Of a stretch of 64,000 nt of DNA, positions 18,412 through 27,300 are shown piece by piece (position 1 is the first letter of the stretch; each line of letters opens with the position of its first letter). The stretch comes from an uncultured Candidatus Entotheonella sp. (lineage in GTDB: Bacteria; Tectomicrobia; Entotheonellia; Entotheonellales; Entotheonellaceae), in assembly GCA_965215335.1 (NCBI GenBank), contig CBDCDA010000001.1, forward strand, positions 672,001-736,000. The letters run 5' to 3'. The notes under the pieces are model-generated. The model did no database searches. It saw only the letters and a list, made by a program, of their open reading frames with translations, and had not been told where the DNA came from. The translations under genes were made by a program, and so were the position numbers.

Positions 18412-19194
18412 CTAAACCACCGCGCCGGCTCCTCCATCGATGTTGACCGCGGTGCCGGTGATGAAGGCGGCACGGGCCGAGGCCAGGAACGCCACCAGGT
18501 CGGCGACTTCCGCCGCCTCCCCGATGCGGCCGACCGGGGTGCGCCTGCCGACCTGCTCGTAATACGCTTCCAGGGACATCTGCGGCGCTTCAAGCTGATG
18601 ACGACGTTCCCATTGGGCACTTTTCAGGATGCCCAGGCAGATCGTGTTCACCAGGATGTTTTCCGGGGCGTACTCGGTGGCCATGGACTTGGTCAGATTG
18701 ATGCCGGCGGCGCGACTGACAGAGGTGGGCAGGGCCTTTTGGCCAGGAGCCTTTCCGCCGACCGTCGTCATGTTGATGATGCGCCCGCCGCCACGCTGGC
18801 GCATGAACGGAATGGCGGCCCTGGAACAGCGAATGGTGCCGAACAGCTTGATTTCCAGGTCCTCGCGCCACAAGTCGTCGTCCGCGTCGAGGAAGGCCCT
18901 GGCGCGCGAGCCGCCGGCGTTGTTCACCAGGATGTCGATGCCGCCGTAGCGCTCGACGGCCTGGTTGACGAGATGGTTGACCTGCTCATCGCTGCAAACG
19001 TCCGTCGGCACGGCCAGCACCGCCACGCCGGTTTGCGCCTGGATCATGCTGGCGGCTTCCTGCAGCACCTCCGCGCGCCGCGCGCAGATGGCCACGTGGG
19101 CGCCTTCCTCACACAGCCGCACGGCAGATGCCCTGCCGATGCCCTCGCTGCCGCCGGTAATGATTGCGACCTTCCCTTCCAAGCCGAGATCCAT
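18412..19194 (-). CDS. SDR family oxidoreductase
   Basis: MDLGLEGKVAIITGGSEGIG, NNAG, ITGTAVNIDGG. Confidence 0.9.
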   Translation of the reverse strand: MDLGLEGKVAIITGGSEGIGRASAVRLCEEGAHVAICARRAEVLQEAASMIQAQTGVAVLAVPTDVCSDEQVNHLVNQAVERYGGIDILVNNAGGSRARAFLDADDDLWREDLEIKLFGTIRCSRAAIPFMRQRGGGRIINMTTVGGKAPGQKALPTSVSRAAGINLTKSMATEYAPENILVNTICLGILKSAQWERRHQLEAPQMSLEAYYEQVGRRTPVGRIGEAAEVADLVAFLASARAAFITGTAVNIDGGAGAVV

Positions 19195-19215
19195 AACGTT
19201 CTGTTCCTCATGCAG

Positions 19216-19289
19216 GTAGGTCGGATCAGCCACAGGCGTATCCGACAATTCGACTGTGAAGTCGGATGACGCTGCCGACTCCGACCTGC
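19216..19289. repeat. GTAG-family REP doublet
   Basis: GTAGGTCGGAT...ATCCGAC with inverted partner GTCGGAT...TCCGACCTGC. Confidence 0.7.
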
Positions 19290-19436
19290 CCGAGTGGGCG
19301 GCAGAGTATATCACGCCAAGTTGGTAACGGAGTGTGGAACCGGCAGGCCTGGGAACAGCGGGTGAGAAGCAGCGGAAAGGAGGAGCCGGGAGCCCAAGCG
19401 AGCCCCCGGGCAATCTGCCAGACTTTCAGGGCGGGT

Positions 19437-20519
19437 TTACGGCAATTGATATCCTTCCTTGCCAACGCGGATACGGTACAGGCTCTTGCCGGAGGTCACG
19501 TACAGCAGGTTGGCGTCCTCGCCGCGGCCAAAGCCCACGTTGGTGGGCAATTCTTCGCCGGTCGGGATGAAGGCCAACTCGTTGCCTTGCGGGTCGAGCA
19601 CCTGAATACCGGCGCGCCACTCGCAGCGCGACGCCACCCATACGTTGCCGTCCACGTCGGCCACCATGCCGTCGGGACCGCTGCACGGCGGGTCGAACTT
19701 GCTGTAGTCGATCAGCACGCGGCGGTTGCTCAAGGTGCCGTTGTCGTCCACGTCATAAGCCTGCAGCAGGTGCGGGCCTACCACGGGGCTTTCACCCTCC
19801 TTGAGGTTCTGGAACTCGAACCAGCCGTTATCGTTGCTGACGATGTACATCGTCTTCTGGTCCGGGGAAATGAGGATGCCATTGCACTTGGCGCAATTGG
19901 CGGCCACGCGCGTCACGGTCCCGTCCGGGTCGAGCCGGTAGGCGGCATAGCCGTCCTGGAAGATGGGCTCGTGGCCCAGGTAGCGCGGATCGGTGAAATA
20001 GATGCGCCCTTGTTCATCAATGGTGATGTCGTTGAGCGCGTTGTAGGGCCGACCATCGTAACGGCCGGACAGGATGTAGGTCTTGCCGGTCGCCATGTCG
20101 GTCCTGATGAGCATGCGGCCGCCGTAATCGGCGCCCAGCGCGGCGATCATGTTGCCGTCGCGGTCGAACTTGATGCCGTTCGACATACCCGACGGGCTGC
20201 GGAAGATGGAGGTCTCGCCGGTGCCGGGGTCGAACTTCCAGATGTTGCCGGCCTGCAGGTAGCGGCCCGACGGGTCCTTGCAGAAGGCCGTGAAGGTGAT
20301 GTCGCTGAAATAGATCATGCCGTCGTGGCCGGCAGCCACGCCCTCGGTGAGCATGCAGCCGCCGTCGAAGACGCGGTCCAGGCGGGCATCGGGCGACACG
20401 ATCGACGGGTCACCGGACGGCGCCGGAAAGCCCGGGTCGTCGGCGTACGCGGCGGTGGAAACCATGAGCAGCGCGCCCAGTAATGCGACGCCCCAGCGGA
20501 TAGGCCGTAAGGTCTGCAT
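19437..20519 (-). CDS. SMP-30/gluconolactonase/LRE family exported protein
   Basis: EG, SNG, ND, YFTDPRY, PDGM motifs; signal peptide. Confidence 0.88.
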   Translation of the reverse strand: MQTLRPIRWGVALLGALLMVSTAAYADDPGFPAPSGDPSIVSPDARLDRVFDGGCMLTEGVAAGHDGMIYFSDITFTAFCKDPSGRYLQAGNIWKFDPGTGETSIFRSPSGMSNGIKFDRDGNMIAALGADYGGRMLIRTDMATGKTYILSGRYDGRPYNALNDITIDEQGRIYFTDPRYLGHEPIFQDGYAAYRLDPDGTVTRVAANCAKCNGILISPDQKTMYIVSNDNGWFEFQNLKEGESPVVGPHLLQAYDVDDNGTLSNRRVLIDYSKFDPPCSGPDGMVADVDGNVWVASRCEWRAGIQVLDPQGNELAFIPTGEELPTNVGFGRGEDANLLYVTSGKSLYRIRVGKEGYQLP

Positions 20520-20672
20520 CGTTCTCTCCTTCCCAAACTAGGGTCAACCAAGGTCGAGCTTCTGACTCGTGCCTCAGCTTGAAATTGCCGGTTCATGCCG
20601 GGCGTGAGAAAATCCTAAGGTAAGCATCAAGTATAAATCCTACCCATTTGATTATCAATTATCAATTTCAGG

Positions 20673-21488
20673 TCAGTGCATGACCAGACCGCCGGCGACG
20701 TTGAGGGCAATGCCCGTCACGTTGTCGGCCCGGGCCAGGTAAACGACCGCCTCGCCGATGTCGTCGGGGGTTTGCGGGCGGCCCAGCGGCATGAGGGTTT
20801 CGGCATACTTCCGGAAGGCGGCGTCGCGGTCCTCCCCCACCTGCTCGACGCGCTGCGGCAGCAGGATGTCGAGCCACATGGCGGTGCCGAGAATGCCAGG
20901 GCAGACGGCGTTGACGGTGACGTCGTGCGGCGCCGCCTCGTGCGCCAGGGATTGCGTGAAGCCGACGACGGCGAACTTGGAAGCGCAGTAGGCCGACAGG
21001 CGGGCGTTGCCGCGCTTGCCGGCAATGGAGGCGGTGTTGATGATGCGGCCCTGGCGTCGCTCGATCATGCCGGGAAGCACCGCCTTGCAGCCCAGGAAGA
21101 CCCCCTTGACGTTGACGTTCATGATGGCGTCCCACTGCGCTTCGGTGGTCTCGACAACGAGGCCGCTGTCGATGACCCCGGCGTTGTTGCACAGGATGTC
21201 GATGGGACCGAGCTGCTGCGTGACGGTTGTCACCATCGCTTCCAATTGGGCCAGGTCGGTCACGTCCACGGGCACGCCGATGGCGCGGCCACCGTGGGCC
21301 TTCAGCCCTTCCACGGCCTGCCTCACGTCCCGTTCGGCGGCGAAGGCGTACCCCGCGGTGCCCTGGCTCGGCGTGTACAGATCGGCCACGGCGACGTGCA
21401 CCCCCTGGCGCGCCAAGGCGTGCGCCATGCCAAGGCCGATGCCGCGGGCGCCGCCGGTCACGACGGCAACTCTATCTCGTAACTCCAT
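20673..21488 (-). CDS. SDR family oxidoreductase
   Basis: TGGARGIG, NNAG, YCASK. Confidence 0.9.
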   Translation of the reverse strand: MELRDRVAVVTGGARGIGLGMAHALARQGVHVAVADLYTPSQGTAGYAFAAERDVRQAVEGLKAHGGRAIGVPVDVTDLAQLEAMVTTVTQQLGPIDILCNNAGVIDSGLVVETTEAQWDAIMNVNVKGVFLGCKAVLPGMIERRQGRIINTASIAGKRGNARLSAYCASKFAVVGFTQSLAHEAAPHDVTVNAVCPGILGTAMWLDILLPQRVEQVGEDRDAAFRKYAETLMPLGRPQTPDDIGEAVVYLARADNVTGIALNVAGGLVMH

Positions 21489-21726
21489 GGGTTGGCGCTC
21501 CTCTGATGGTCTGCCGGGAAAATCCGAATCATTTGGCACAAGCGAATTCGCCCCATCCTATCACGGACAGGACCAACCCACCGGACACCACATCGTCGCA
21601 TGACGATTGCAACGCCCGTCGCGTCGCCTGCAACGTCACACGGTGTTGCACCCTGGTCGTCCGCGCCCGGCGGGAAACGTCCACGGCACCGCGTATCCCG
21701 CCGGAAAAATCAGGGCATTTCCATTC

Positions 21727-21742
21727 TGGCACAAAGATTGCT
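21727..21742 (+). promoter_or_regulatory. sigma54 (-24/-12) promoter upstream of the hsp20 pair
   Basis: TGGCAC-AAAGA-TTGCT matches TGGCAC-N5-TTGC. Confidence 0.8.
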
Positions 21743-21819
21743 TCTTTTCAGTGGGCGTGGTCGGGACGCCAGGCGGCGGCCCGACGTTGACCATCCCTTT
21801 CTGGAGGAGGAATACGGCG

Positions 21820-22272
21820 ATGATAAAAAGTCCTGTGTGGAACGACATCGAGACCCTGTGGCACGAGATGGACAAGGCCTTCACCGGCCTCCGATTCACG
21901 TCGCCGGTGGCGGGCCTGGTGGATCACGCCTTCGGCAGTTACCCGTCGATCCGCCTGCACGAAGGACCGGAGGCTCTGTACGTCGAGGCCATGGTCCCCG
22001 GCGTTGCTCCCGAGACTCTGGACCTGTCCGTAGTCCGGCGTACCCTGACGCTGACGGGCGAGAAGCGGCCCCTGCATACGGATACGGATGCCGAACCGAA
22101 GGTGTTTCACCTCAAGGAGCGATCGGAGGGTCGGTTCGAGCGCCGCTTCACCCTGCCGATGGAGGTGGACACGGACAAGGTGAGCGCCGAGTACACGGAT
22201 GGCATGCTCAGGGTGACGCTGCCCAAACTGGGCCAGGATACGCCCAGGCAGATCAGCATCCAGACGGCGTAG
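21820..22272 (+). CDS. Hsp20/alpha-crystallin small heat-shock protein
   Basis: LTLTGEK, ERSEGRFERRFTLP, YTDGMLRVTLPK; SD GGAGG. Confidence 0.9.
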   Translation: MIKSPVWNDIETLWHEMDKAFTGLRFTSPVAGLVDHAFGSYPSIRLHEGPEALYVEAMVPGVAPETLDLSVVRRTLTLTGEKRPLHTDTDAEPKVFHLKERSEGRFERRFTLPMEVDTDKVSAEYTDGMLRVTLPKLGQDTPRQISIQTA

Positions 22273-22327
22273 CGGCCGTGACGGAACAGCGGCTCAGAAG
22301 AGAAATCAACCAAGGAGGAAGTTGACC

Positions 22328-22726
22328 ATGACCGAACACGACATTGTAGTGGCGGAAATGCCCAAGGCAACGCCTGCGGCGTCGCCAAATACCCATCCCG
22401 AGCATTACGTGTCGCCGCCGGTCGACATTTACGAAACGGCGGACGGCTTTGTTCTCATGGCAGACCTGCCCGGCGTGTCGCGGGACAACCTCGAGGTGAG
22501 CGTGACCCACAACGTTCTCACCATCAGGGGGCATGCGCCCCAAAACCTGCCTGGCAAGGCGCGGTATCAGGAGTTTCAGCTGGCTTCGGTATTGCGTCAA
22601 TTCAAACTCAACAACGCGCTCGATGCAGAGCAGGTCGATGCCGAGTTCAAGAACGGCGTCCTGCAGCTCCGCATCCCCAAGGCCAAGGCGGCGGCAGCCC
22701 GTCAGGTCGAGATCAAGGTTGCCTGA
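22328..22726 (+). CDS. Hsp20/alpha-crystallin small heat-shock protein
   Basis: PPVDIYET, ADLPGV, FKNGVLQLRIPK. Confidence 0.9.
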   Translation: MTEHDIVVAEMPKATPAASPNTHPEHYVSPPVDIYETADGFVLMADLPGVSRDNLEVSVTHNVLTIRGHAPQNLPGKARYQEFQLASVLRQFKLNNALDAEQVDAEFKNGVLQLRIPKAKAAAARQVEIKVA

Positions 22727-22745
22727 CTGACGGCAGCGACGGCTT

Positions 22746-22774
22746 CCCGGGCAGGGTGCGGCACCCTGCCCGGG
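22746..22774. terminator. Strong hairpin after the hsp20 operon
   Basis: CCCGGGCAGGGTGC-G-GCACCCTGCCCGGG; no clear U-tract. Confidence 0.55.
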
Positions 22775-22986
22775 CGGCACCTCATCCGGTCTTCACCATT
22801 CAGGCTCTCCCCTCCTTCCCATCCTTGCACCGACCCGTCGCCGTCACTACAATGACCCCTGTTTTCGGGTTTTTCTCACCCTGGATTTTCCCCTCGATCC
22901 CGAGGAAAAGGGAGAAGCTCCCCCCTCTCTGGAAGAGAGGGGGGGCTATCCATGCAGGGGAACGGCGTCAATTTCGGGAGCCCCTC

Positions 22987-23478
22987 ATGTCATTCACCGA
23001 TACGTTCCTGGCCAACAATGCCCGTTACGCGGAGCAGTTTCAAAAGCAGCAAATGCCCTCGCCGCCCGGCAAGCAGACCGCCATCGTCGCCTGCATGGAT
23101 GCGCGGCTCGAAACGGGCCGCATCCTCGATCTCGAAGAGGGTGATGCCCACGTGATCCGCAATGCCGGCGGTGTCGTCACCGATGACGTACTGCGCTCCC
23201 TGGTGATTTCGCAGCGCCTGCTTGGCACCCGGGAAATCATCCTCATTCACCACACCGACTGCGGTATGCTGACTTTCAAGGACGACGACGTGAAAGCCGG
23301 CATCGAAGCCGACACCGGTCTGCGTCCGTCGTTCGCGCTGGAGGCGTTCCCGCATCTCGAGGACGACGTGCGGCAATCCGTGCGCCGCATCCAAGCCTGC
23401 CCCTTTATTCCGGTGAAGGACCACATTCGCGGTTTCGTCTACGACGTCGAGACTGGCCGCTTGAACGAAGTCACCTGA
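22987..23478 (+). CDS. Beta-class carbonic anhydrase
   Basis: CMDAR, RNAGG, HHTDCG zinc ligands. Confidence 0.92.
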   Translation: MSFTDTFLANNARYAEQFQKQQMPSPPGKQTAIVACMDARLETGRILDLEEGDAHVIRNAGGVVTDDVLRSLVISQRLLGTREIILIHHTDCGMLTFKDDDVKAGIEADTGLRPSFALEAFPHLEDDVRQSVRRIQACPFIPVKDHIRGFVYDVETGRLNEVT

Positions 23479-23566
23479 CGGGGTGCGATCTCCGACACCT
23501 TATCCGACCCAATGCGCCAACGGCATGGTATCCGCACACCAGCCCATAAATTAGGAATCCTTGTTC

Positions 23567-24016
23567 ATGAAGCCCTTACGTTTCACCCTTGTCTTGTTTG
23601 CCGCTATGACCTTGTGGGCTGGCGCCGTTGTTCACGCCACCGCTACGGACCCCGATTGTGTCTCGGAAGCGGACAAGGTCCCCTGCCTGGCGGCAAAAAG
23701 CGACCCCATGGCGATGTATGTGATGGGACGGCGCGCCTATGACGCTGGCCGGGTATCCGGGAATTTGACGGAGGCGCTGGCGTGGGGGCAAAGGGTAGTC
23801 AAGGTGCGGCGGCACACCGGCAACATGCTGCTGAAAATGGTGTATCTGCAGTTGGGTGAGGGGGTACACCGTGATTACGTACAGGCCCACGTCTGGTTGC
23901 GCGAAGCCATCGACAGCAGCGAGGCGAACCTGTACCTGATTCCATGGCTGGAACGGCTGGAAGCGAAGATGGAGCCGCAACAGATTGAAAGGGCCAGGGA
24001 ACTGGCGGCCAATTGA
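23567..24016 (+). CDS. Exported Sel1-like repeat protein
   Basis: Signal peptide; GEGVHRDYVQAHVW..., MEPQQIERARELA. Confidence 0.65.
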   Translation: MKPLRFTLVLFAAMTLWAGAVVHATATDPDCVSEADKVPCLAAKSDPMAMYVMGRRAYDAGRVSGNLTEALAWGQRVVKVRRHTGNMLLKMVYLQLGEGVHRDYVQAHVWLREAIDSSEANLYLIPWLERLEAKMEPQQIERARELAAN

Positions 24017-24043
24017 GGAATCGCCGGCCGCCGGGAGCAGGAC

Positions 24044-24430
24044 TTACGGCTCGGGCTTGAACTGCGTCTGGATGAACCTGGCCACGGTTTCAATCTCTCC
24101 CTTGCTGAGGATCGGCTTGAACGTGGGCATGCCCTTGTTCCGTCGGCCGTTGGTGATGACGGCGACGATTTCCTCGTGATCGAGCTCGGTATCCCGCAAA
24201 TTCGCCGCGTAGCCGCCGTAACTGGGGCCGCCGGTGCCGTCCTGTTTGTGGCATGGCACGCACCTCACGTACAGCTTCTTCCCTTTTCTCAAGTCAGCAG
24301 CTGCGTCGGACTCCGAGCCTTGGGACGTCGCCACGCCGGGCAAGATGACGCACAAGACAAGTAACAAGCCGAATACCCCAAACTCGAATCTTCCCTTCAT
24401 ACCCATTCCGAATTTCCCGCCTGTCAGCAT
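24044..24430 (-). CDS. Monoheme c-type cytochrome (PQQ dehydrogenase partner)
   Basis: CVPCH, GMP axial Met; directly downstream of the PQQ dehydrogenase. Confidence 0.85.
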   Translation of the reverse strand: MLTGGKFGMGMKGRFEFGVFGLLLVLCVILPGVATSQGSESDAAADLRKGKKLYVRCVPCHKQDGTGGPSYGGYAANLRDTELDHEEIVAVITNGRRNKGMPTFKPILSKGEIETVARFIQTQFKPEP

Positions 24431-24546
24431 GTTCGCTTCCTGAGAAGGTGTTCCGTTTTGCAGGTGCCGGTTGGCTGTCAGAGGTGTGTGCGTACAAGAA
24501 TGAGACGGGGTGGACCGAGTACGATCCACCCCGTCCGGTTCAGAGG

Positions 24547-26397
24547 TTACAGCGAGAAAACGTACAGGACGTTGCTGGGAACGGCCTTCTTCAGCTCGGG
24601 CGTCGAGTCCGTGAACCACTGCGGCCAGGCGCCGCCCAGACCGACTTCGATGGCGATGTACTGCTTGCCACCGGCCAGGTACGACATCGGCGGCGCGTTG
24701 ATGCCGGCGCCGGTCTCAAACCGCCACAGTTCCTGAAGCGTGTCGGCGTCAAGCGCCACCACGCCACCGTCCGCCAGGCCGGTAAAGACGAGACCGCCCG
24801 CCGTGGCCATGATGCCGCCCAGCAGCGGGAATTTGGTCTCCCACTTGCCGCGCACGGCGCCCGTGGACACGTCGATGGCCGTTACGCTGCCGGTGATACG
24901 GCCGGAAGCCGGGTCTTCGAAGGTGAAGTACGGAGCGCCGCCGAGAAACCAATCGCGGTTGGCCGGGTCCCAATTTTTCGGGGCGACCTGGGCAAACGCC
25001 TTGTTGCAGCTCTCGATAACGGGGATGTAATACAGGCCGGTGTGCGGGCTGTAAGCCGTCGGGGGCCAATTCTTGCCGCCCGTGTGGGCCGGGCAGGAAA
25101 TCCCCTCGACCGCGCCGCGCTCGCCCTCTTCCGTGACGCCGCCACGTCCCGCTGCGGTGCCGGGCTCGTAGGTCTGGACATCCGTGGTGGGATCATAAGA
25201 GGCGGGTCGGCCATTTTCGTCCAGTCCCTTCGTCCAGTTCAGCTTCTTCACGAACTGGGTGCCCCAGATGAACTTGCCGTTGCTGCGGTCCAGCGCGTAG
25301 GCGAAGCCGTTGCGATTGGCGTGCAGCGTGGCGCGCACGTATTGGCCGTTGATGTTGGTATCGACGAAGGTATTCTCCGCGATGGAGTCGAAATCGTAAG
25401 GATCATTCGGCGTATGCTGGAATCCCCACAGGAACTTGCCGGTATCGGCATCCACGGCGATGGTGCTGTCGGTCCACAGATTGTCGCCCGGGCGATACGC
25501 ATTGTCCCAGTCCGGCCCAGGGTTGGCCGTGCCCCAAACCACGATGTTGAGTTCGGGATCGTAGGAACCCGTTACCCAGGTTGAGCCGCCGCCGGTCTTC
25601 CAGGCGCCGTAATCGTCCTTCCAGGTTTCGTGACCCGGCTCGCCCGGCCCCGGAATGGTGTGAGTGCGCCAGATTTCCTTGCCGGTGTTCACATCCAGCG
25701 CCGCGATCCAGCCGCGCACGCCAAACTCGGCGCCGGCCATGCCGGTCAGCACCATGTCCTTCACGACGAGCGGTGCGCCGGTGATGACCTCGGCGATACC
25801 GGGGTCGGCCACCTGGGTTTCCCACAGCAGGCTGCCGTCGTTCTTGTTCAGGGCGAAAATGCGGCCGTCGATCACCGCGCCCAAAACCTTCTCGCCGTGC
25901 AGGGCAACACCGCGGTTGTTGATGCCGCAGCAGGTCACGCTGGGGGCGTAGTCCTTGTCAGCCTCGGGATTGTACTTCCACATCAGCACGGGCTTGCCGC
26001 CGCGCACGTCCAGTTTGGTCACGACGCCCCAGCCGGTGGTCAGGTACAGGAAGCCGTCTTCCGCAATCGGCGTGCCTTCCAGGCCGGAGAACGGGAAGAC
26101 GATCGGCGCGGTGCCGCCGCCCTGGATGTCGCCCATGGCCCAGGTGAAGGCAACCTTCAGGTTGGCGACGTTGGACTTGTCGATCTGCGTGAGGCCGGAG
26201 AACCGGTGCGCCTCATAGTTGCCGTGGTGGTTGAGCCAGTTGCCGGGCTCGTTCTCGCTGTTGACCAGGCGCTCGTGCGTCACGTTCCCCGCCATGGCCG
26301 TCAGGGCGAAGACGGTCAGGCCGAGCAACACGGCCAAGGCGCCGCGATAGGACAATTTACAAACGACGTTCATCAGTTCCCTCCATTGTTTGACCAT
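24547..26397 (-). CDS. PQQ-dependent alcohol/methanol-type dehydrogenase
   Basis: Vicinal CC (TCCGINNRG), GAEFG, W-motif beta-propeller repeats, PYDFD. Confidence 0.9.
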   Translation of the reverse strand: MVKQWRELMNVVCKLSYRGALAVLLGLTVFALTAMAGNVTHERLVNSENEPGNWLNHHGNYEAHRFSGLTQIDKSNVANLKVAFTWAMGDIQGGGTAPIVFPFSGLEGTPIAEDGFLYLTTGWGVVTKLDVRGGKPVLMWKYNPEADKDYAPSVTCCGINNRGVALHGEKVLGAVIDGRIFALNKNDGSLLWETQVADPGIAEVITGAPLVVKDMVLTGMAGAEFGVRGWIAALDVNTGKEIWRTHTIPGPGEPGHETWKDDYGAWKTGGGSTWVTGSYDPELNIVVWGTANPGPDWDNAYRPGDNLWTDSTIAVDADTGKFLWGFQHTPNDPYDFDSIAENTFVDTNINGQYVRATLHANRNGFAYALDRSNGKFIWGTQFVKKLNWTKGLDENGRPASYDPTTDVQTYEPGTAAGRGGVTEEGERGAVEGISCPAHTGGKNWPPTAYSPHTGLYYIPVIESCNKAFAQVAPKNWDPANRDWFLGGAPYFTFEDPASGRITGSVTAIDVSTGAVRGKWETKFPLLGGIMATAGGLVFTGLADGGVVALDADTLQELWRFETGAGINAPPMSYLAGGKQYIAIEVGLGGAWPQWFTDSTPELKKAVPSNVLYVFSL

Positions 26398-26635
26398 ACG
26401 TGTTCTGCCGGACGCTACGCCAAGGCATGGCCGTCACAGCCTGCCAGCCCAACCCGTCGTCCGCAGAGCAAACGAGCGGGGATTTTACTCGAATTGCTGT
26501 CGAAAAGCCAAGCGAGTCGTTTGATCTGGTGTTGCGCTTTGGCGGGCGTTGCTTTCACCTTGATGGAACACATGCATGATTTGCACGGCATTGTGTTATG
26601 ATGCAGATTCTATTCTCAAACAGGAGGAGCGTCAC

Positions 26636-26899
26636 ATGACGAACATTTACGTTGGCAATTTGCCGTTCAGCACGACCGAGGAAGAGATACGCAATTTGTT
26701 CAGTGTCTATGGAACCGTGGACAACGTCAGTTTGATCGCGGATCGGGAAACCGGAAGACTGCGCGGATTTGGATTCGTCGAGATGTCGAGCGGTGCGGAT
26801 GAGGCAATTGCTGCTCTTAATCAAACCGAACTCGGTGGCAGGCGCCTGGTCGTGAATCTCGCCAAGCCGCGGGAGGAACGCCGACCAAGGCGATGGTAG
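26636..26899 (+). CDS. RRM RNA-binding protein
   Basis: IYVGNL (RNP2), RGFGFVEM (RNP1). Confidence 0.93.
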   Translation: MTNIYVGNLPFSTTEEEIRNLFSVYGTVDNVSLIADRETGRLRGFGFVEMSSGADEAIAALNQTELGGRRLVVNLAKPREERRPRRW

Positions 26900-27042
26900 C
26901 CCGCGGGGCCTTCACCGGCTCCGTCCGCATGTCCGCGGGTATCACGTTGAAGGTGCCTGTTTTGACCTTGACCCTTGGCAATGTCGTGTGTTAGTAGTCC
27001 TCGAGTCGCCCCATTTCCTTCCCTCGACGAAGCAAAGCGCTG

Positions 27043-27168
27043 ATGAATTTCGGCTCAACAGTCATCCAGGGCATCTCTTCCCACTGCACCCACGGCACCG
27101 GCGGTGCGTGCTGTAGTTACGAAAGCCACAACACCTTCGGGGAGATTCGGATAAGCAACGTCAATTAG
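27043..27168 (+). CDS. Putative 41-aa Cys-containing leader peptide
   Basis: MNFGSTVIQGISSHCTHGTGGACCSYESHNTFGEIRISNVN*; weak SD. Confidence 0.4.
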   Translation: MNFGSTVIQGISSHCTHGTGGACCSYESHNTFGEIRISNVN

Positions 27169-27194
27169 AAAAACGGTTTTTCAGACGACATGCC

Positions 27195-27231
27195 AAGCCC
27201 ACTCCCTGTTACAGGTGAGTGGGCTTTTTTT
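27195..27231 (+). terminator. Intrinsic terminator upstream of the sulfite reductase
   Basis: AAGCCCACTC-CCTG-TTA-CAGG-T-GAGTGGGCTT running into a 7-T tract. Confidence 0.85.
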
Positions 27232-27300
27232 GTGACTGCACGGCGCCGGAAAGCCGACGCGCGGTACCCCACCATATCGACACGGTTAAGGAAACAGGCA

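Noticed and set aside
27060..27156. SAM-I riboswitch before the sulfite reductase
   Set aside because: Only ATCCAG...GATAA resembles P1; the kink-turn P2 and GCAACC/GGTGC core arrangement are not present.
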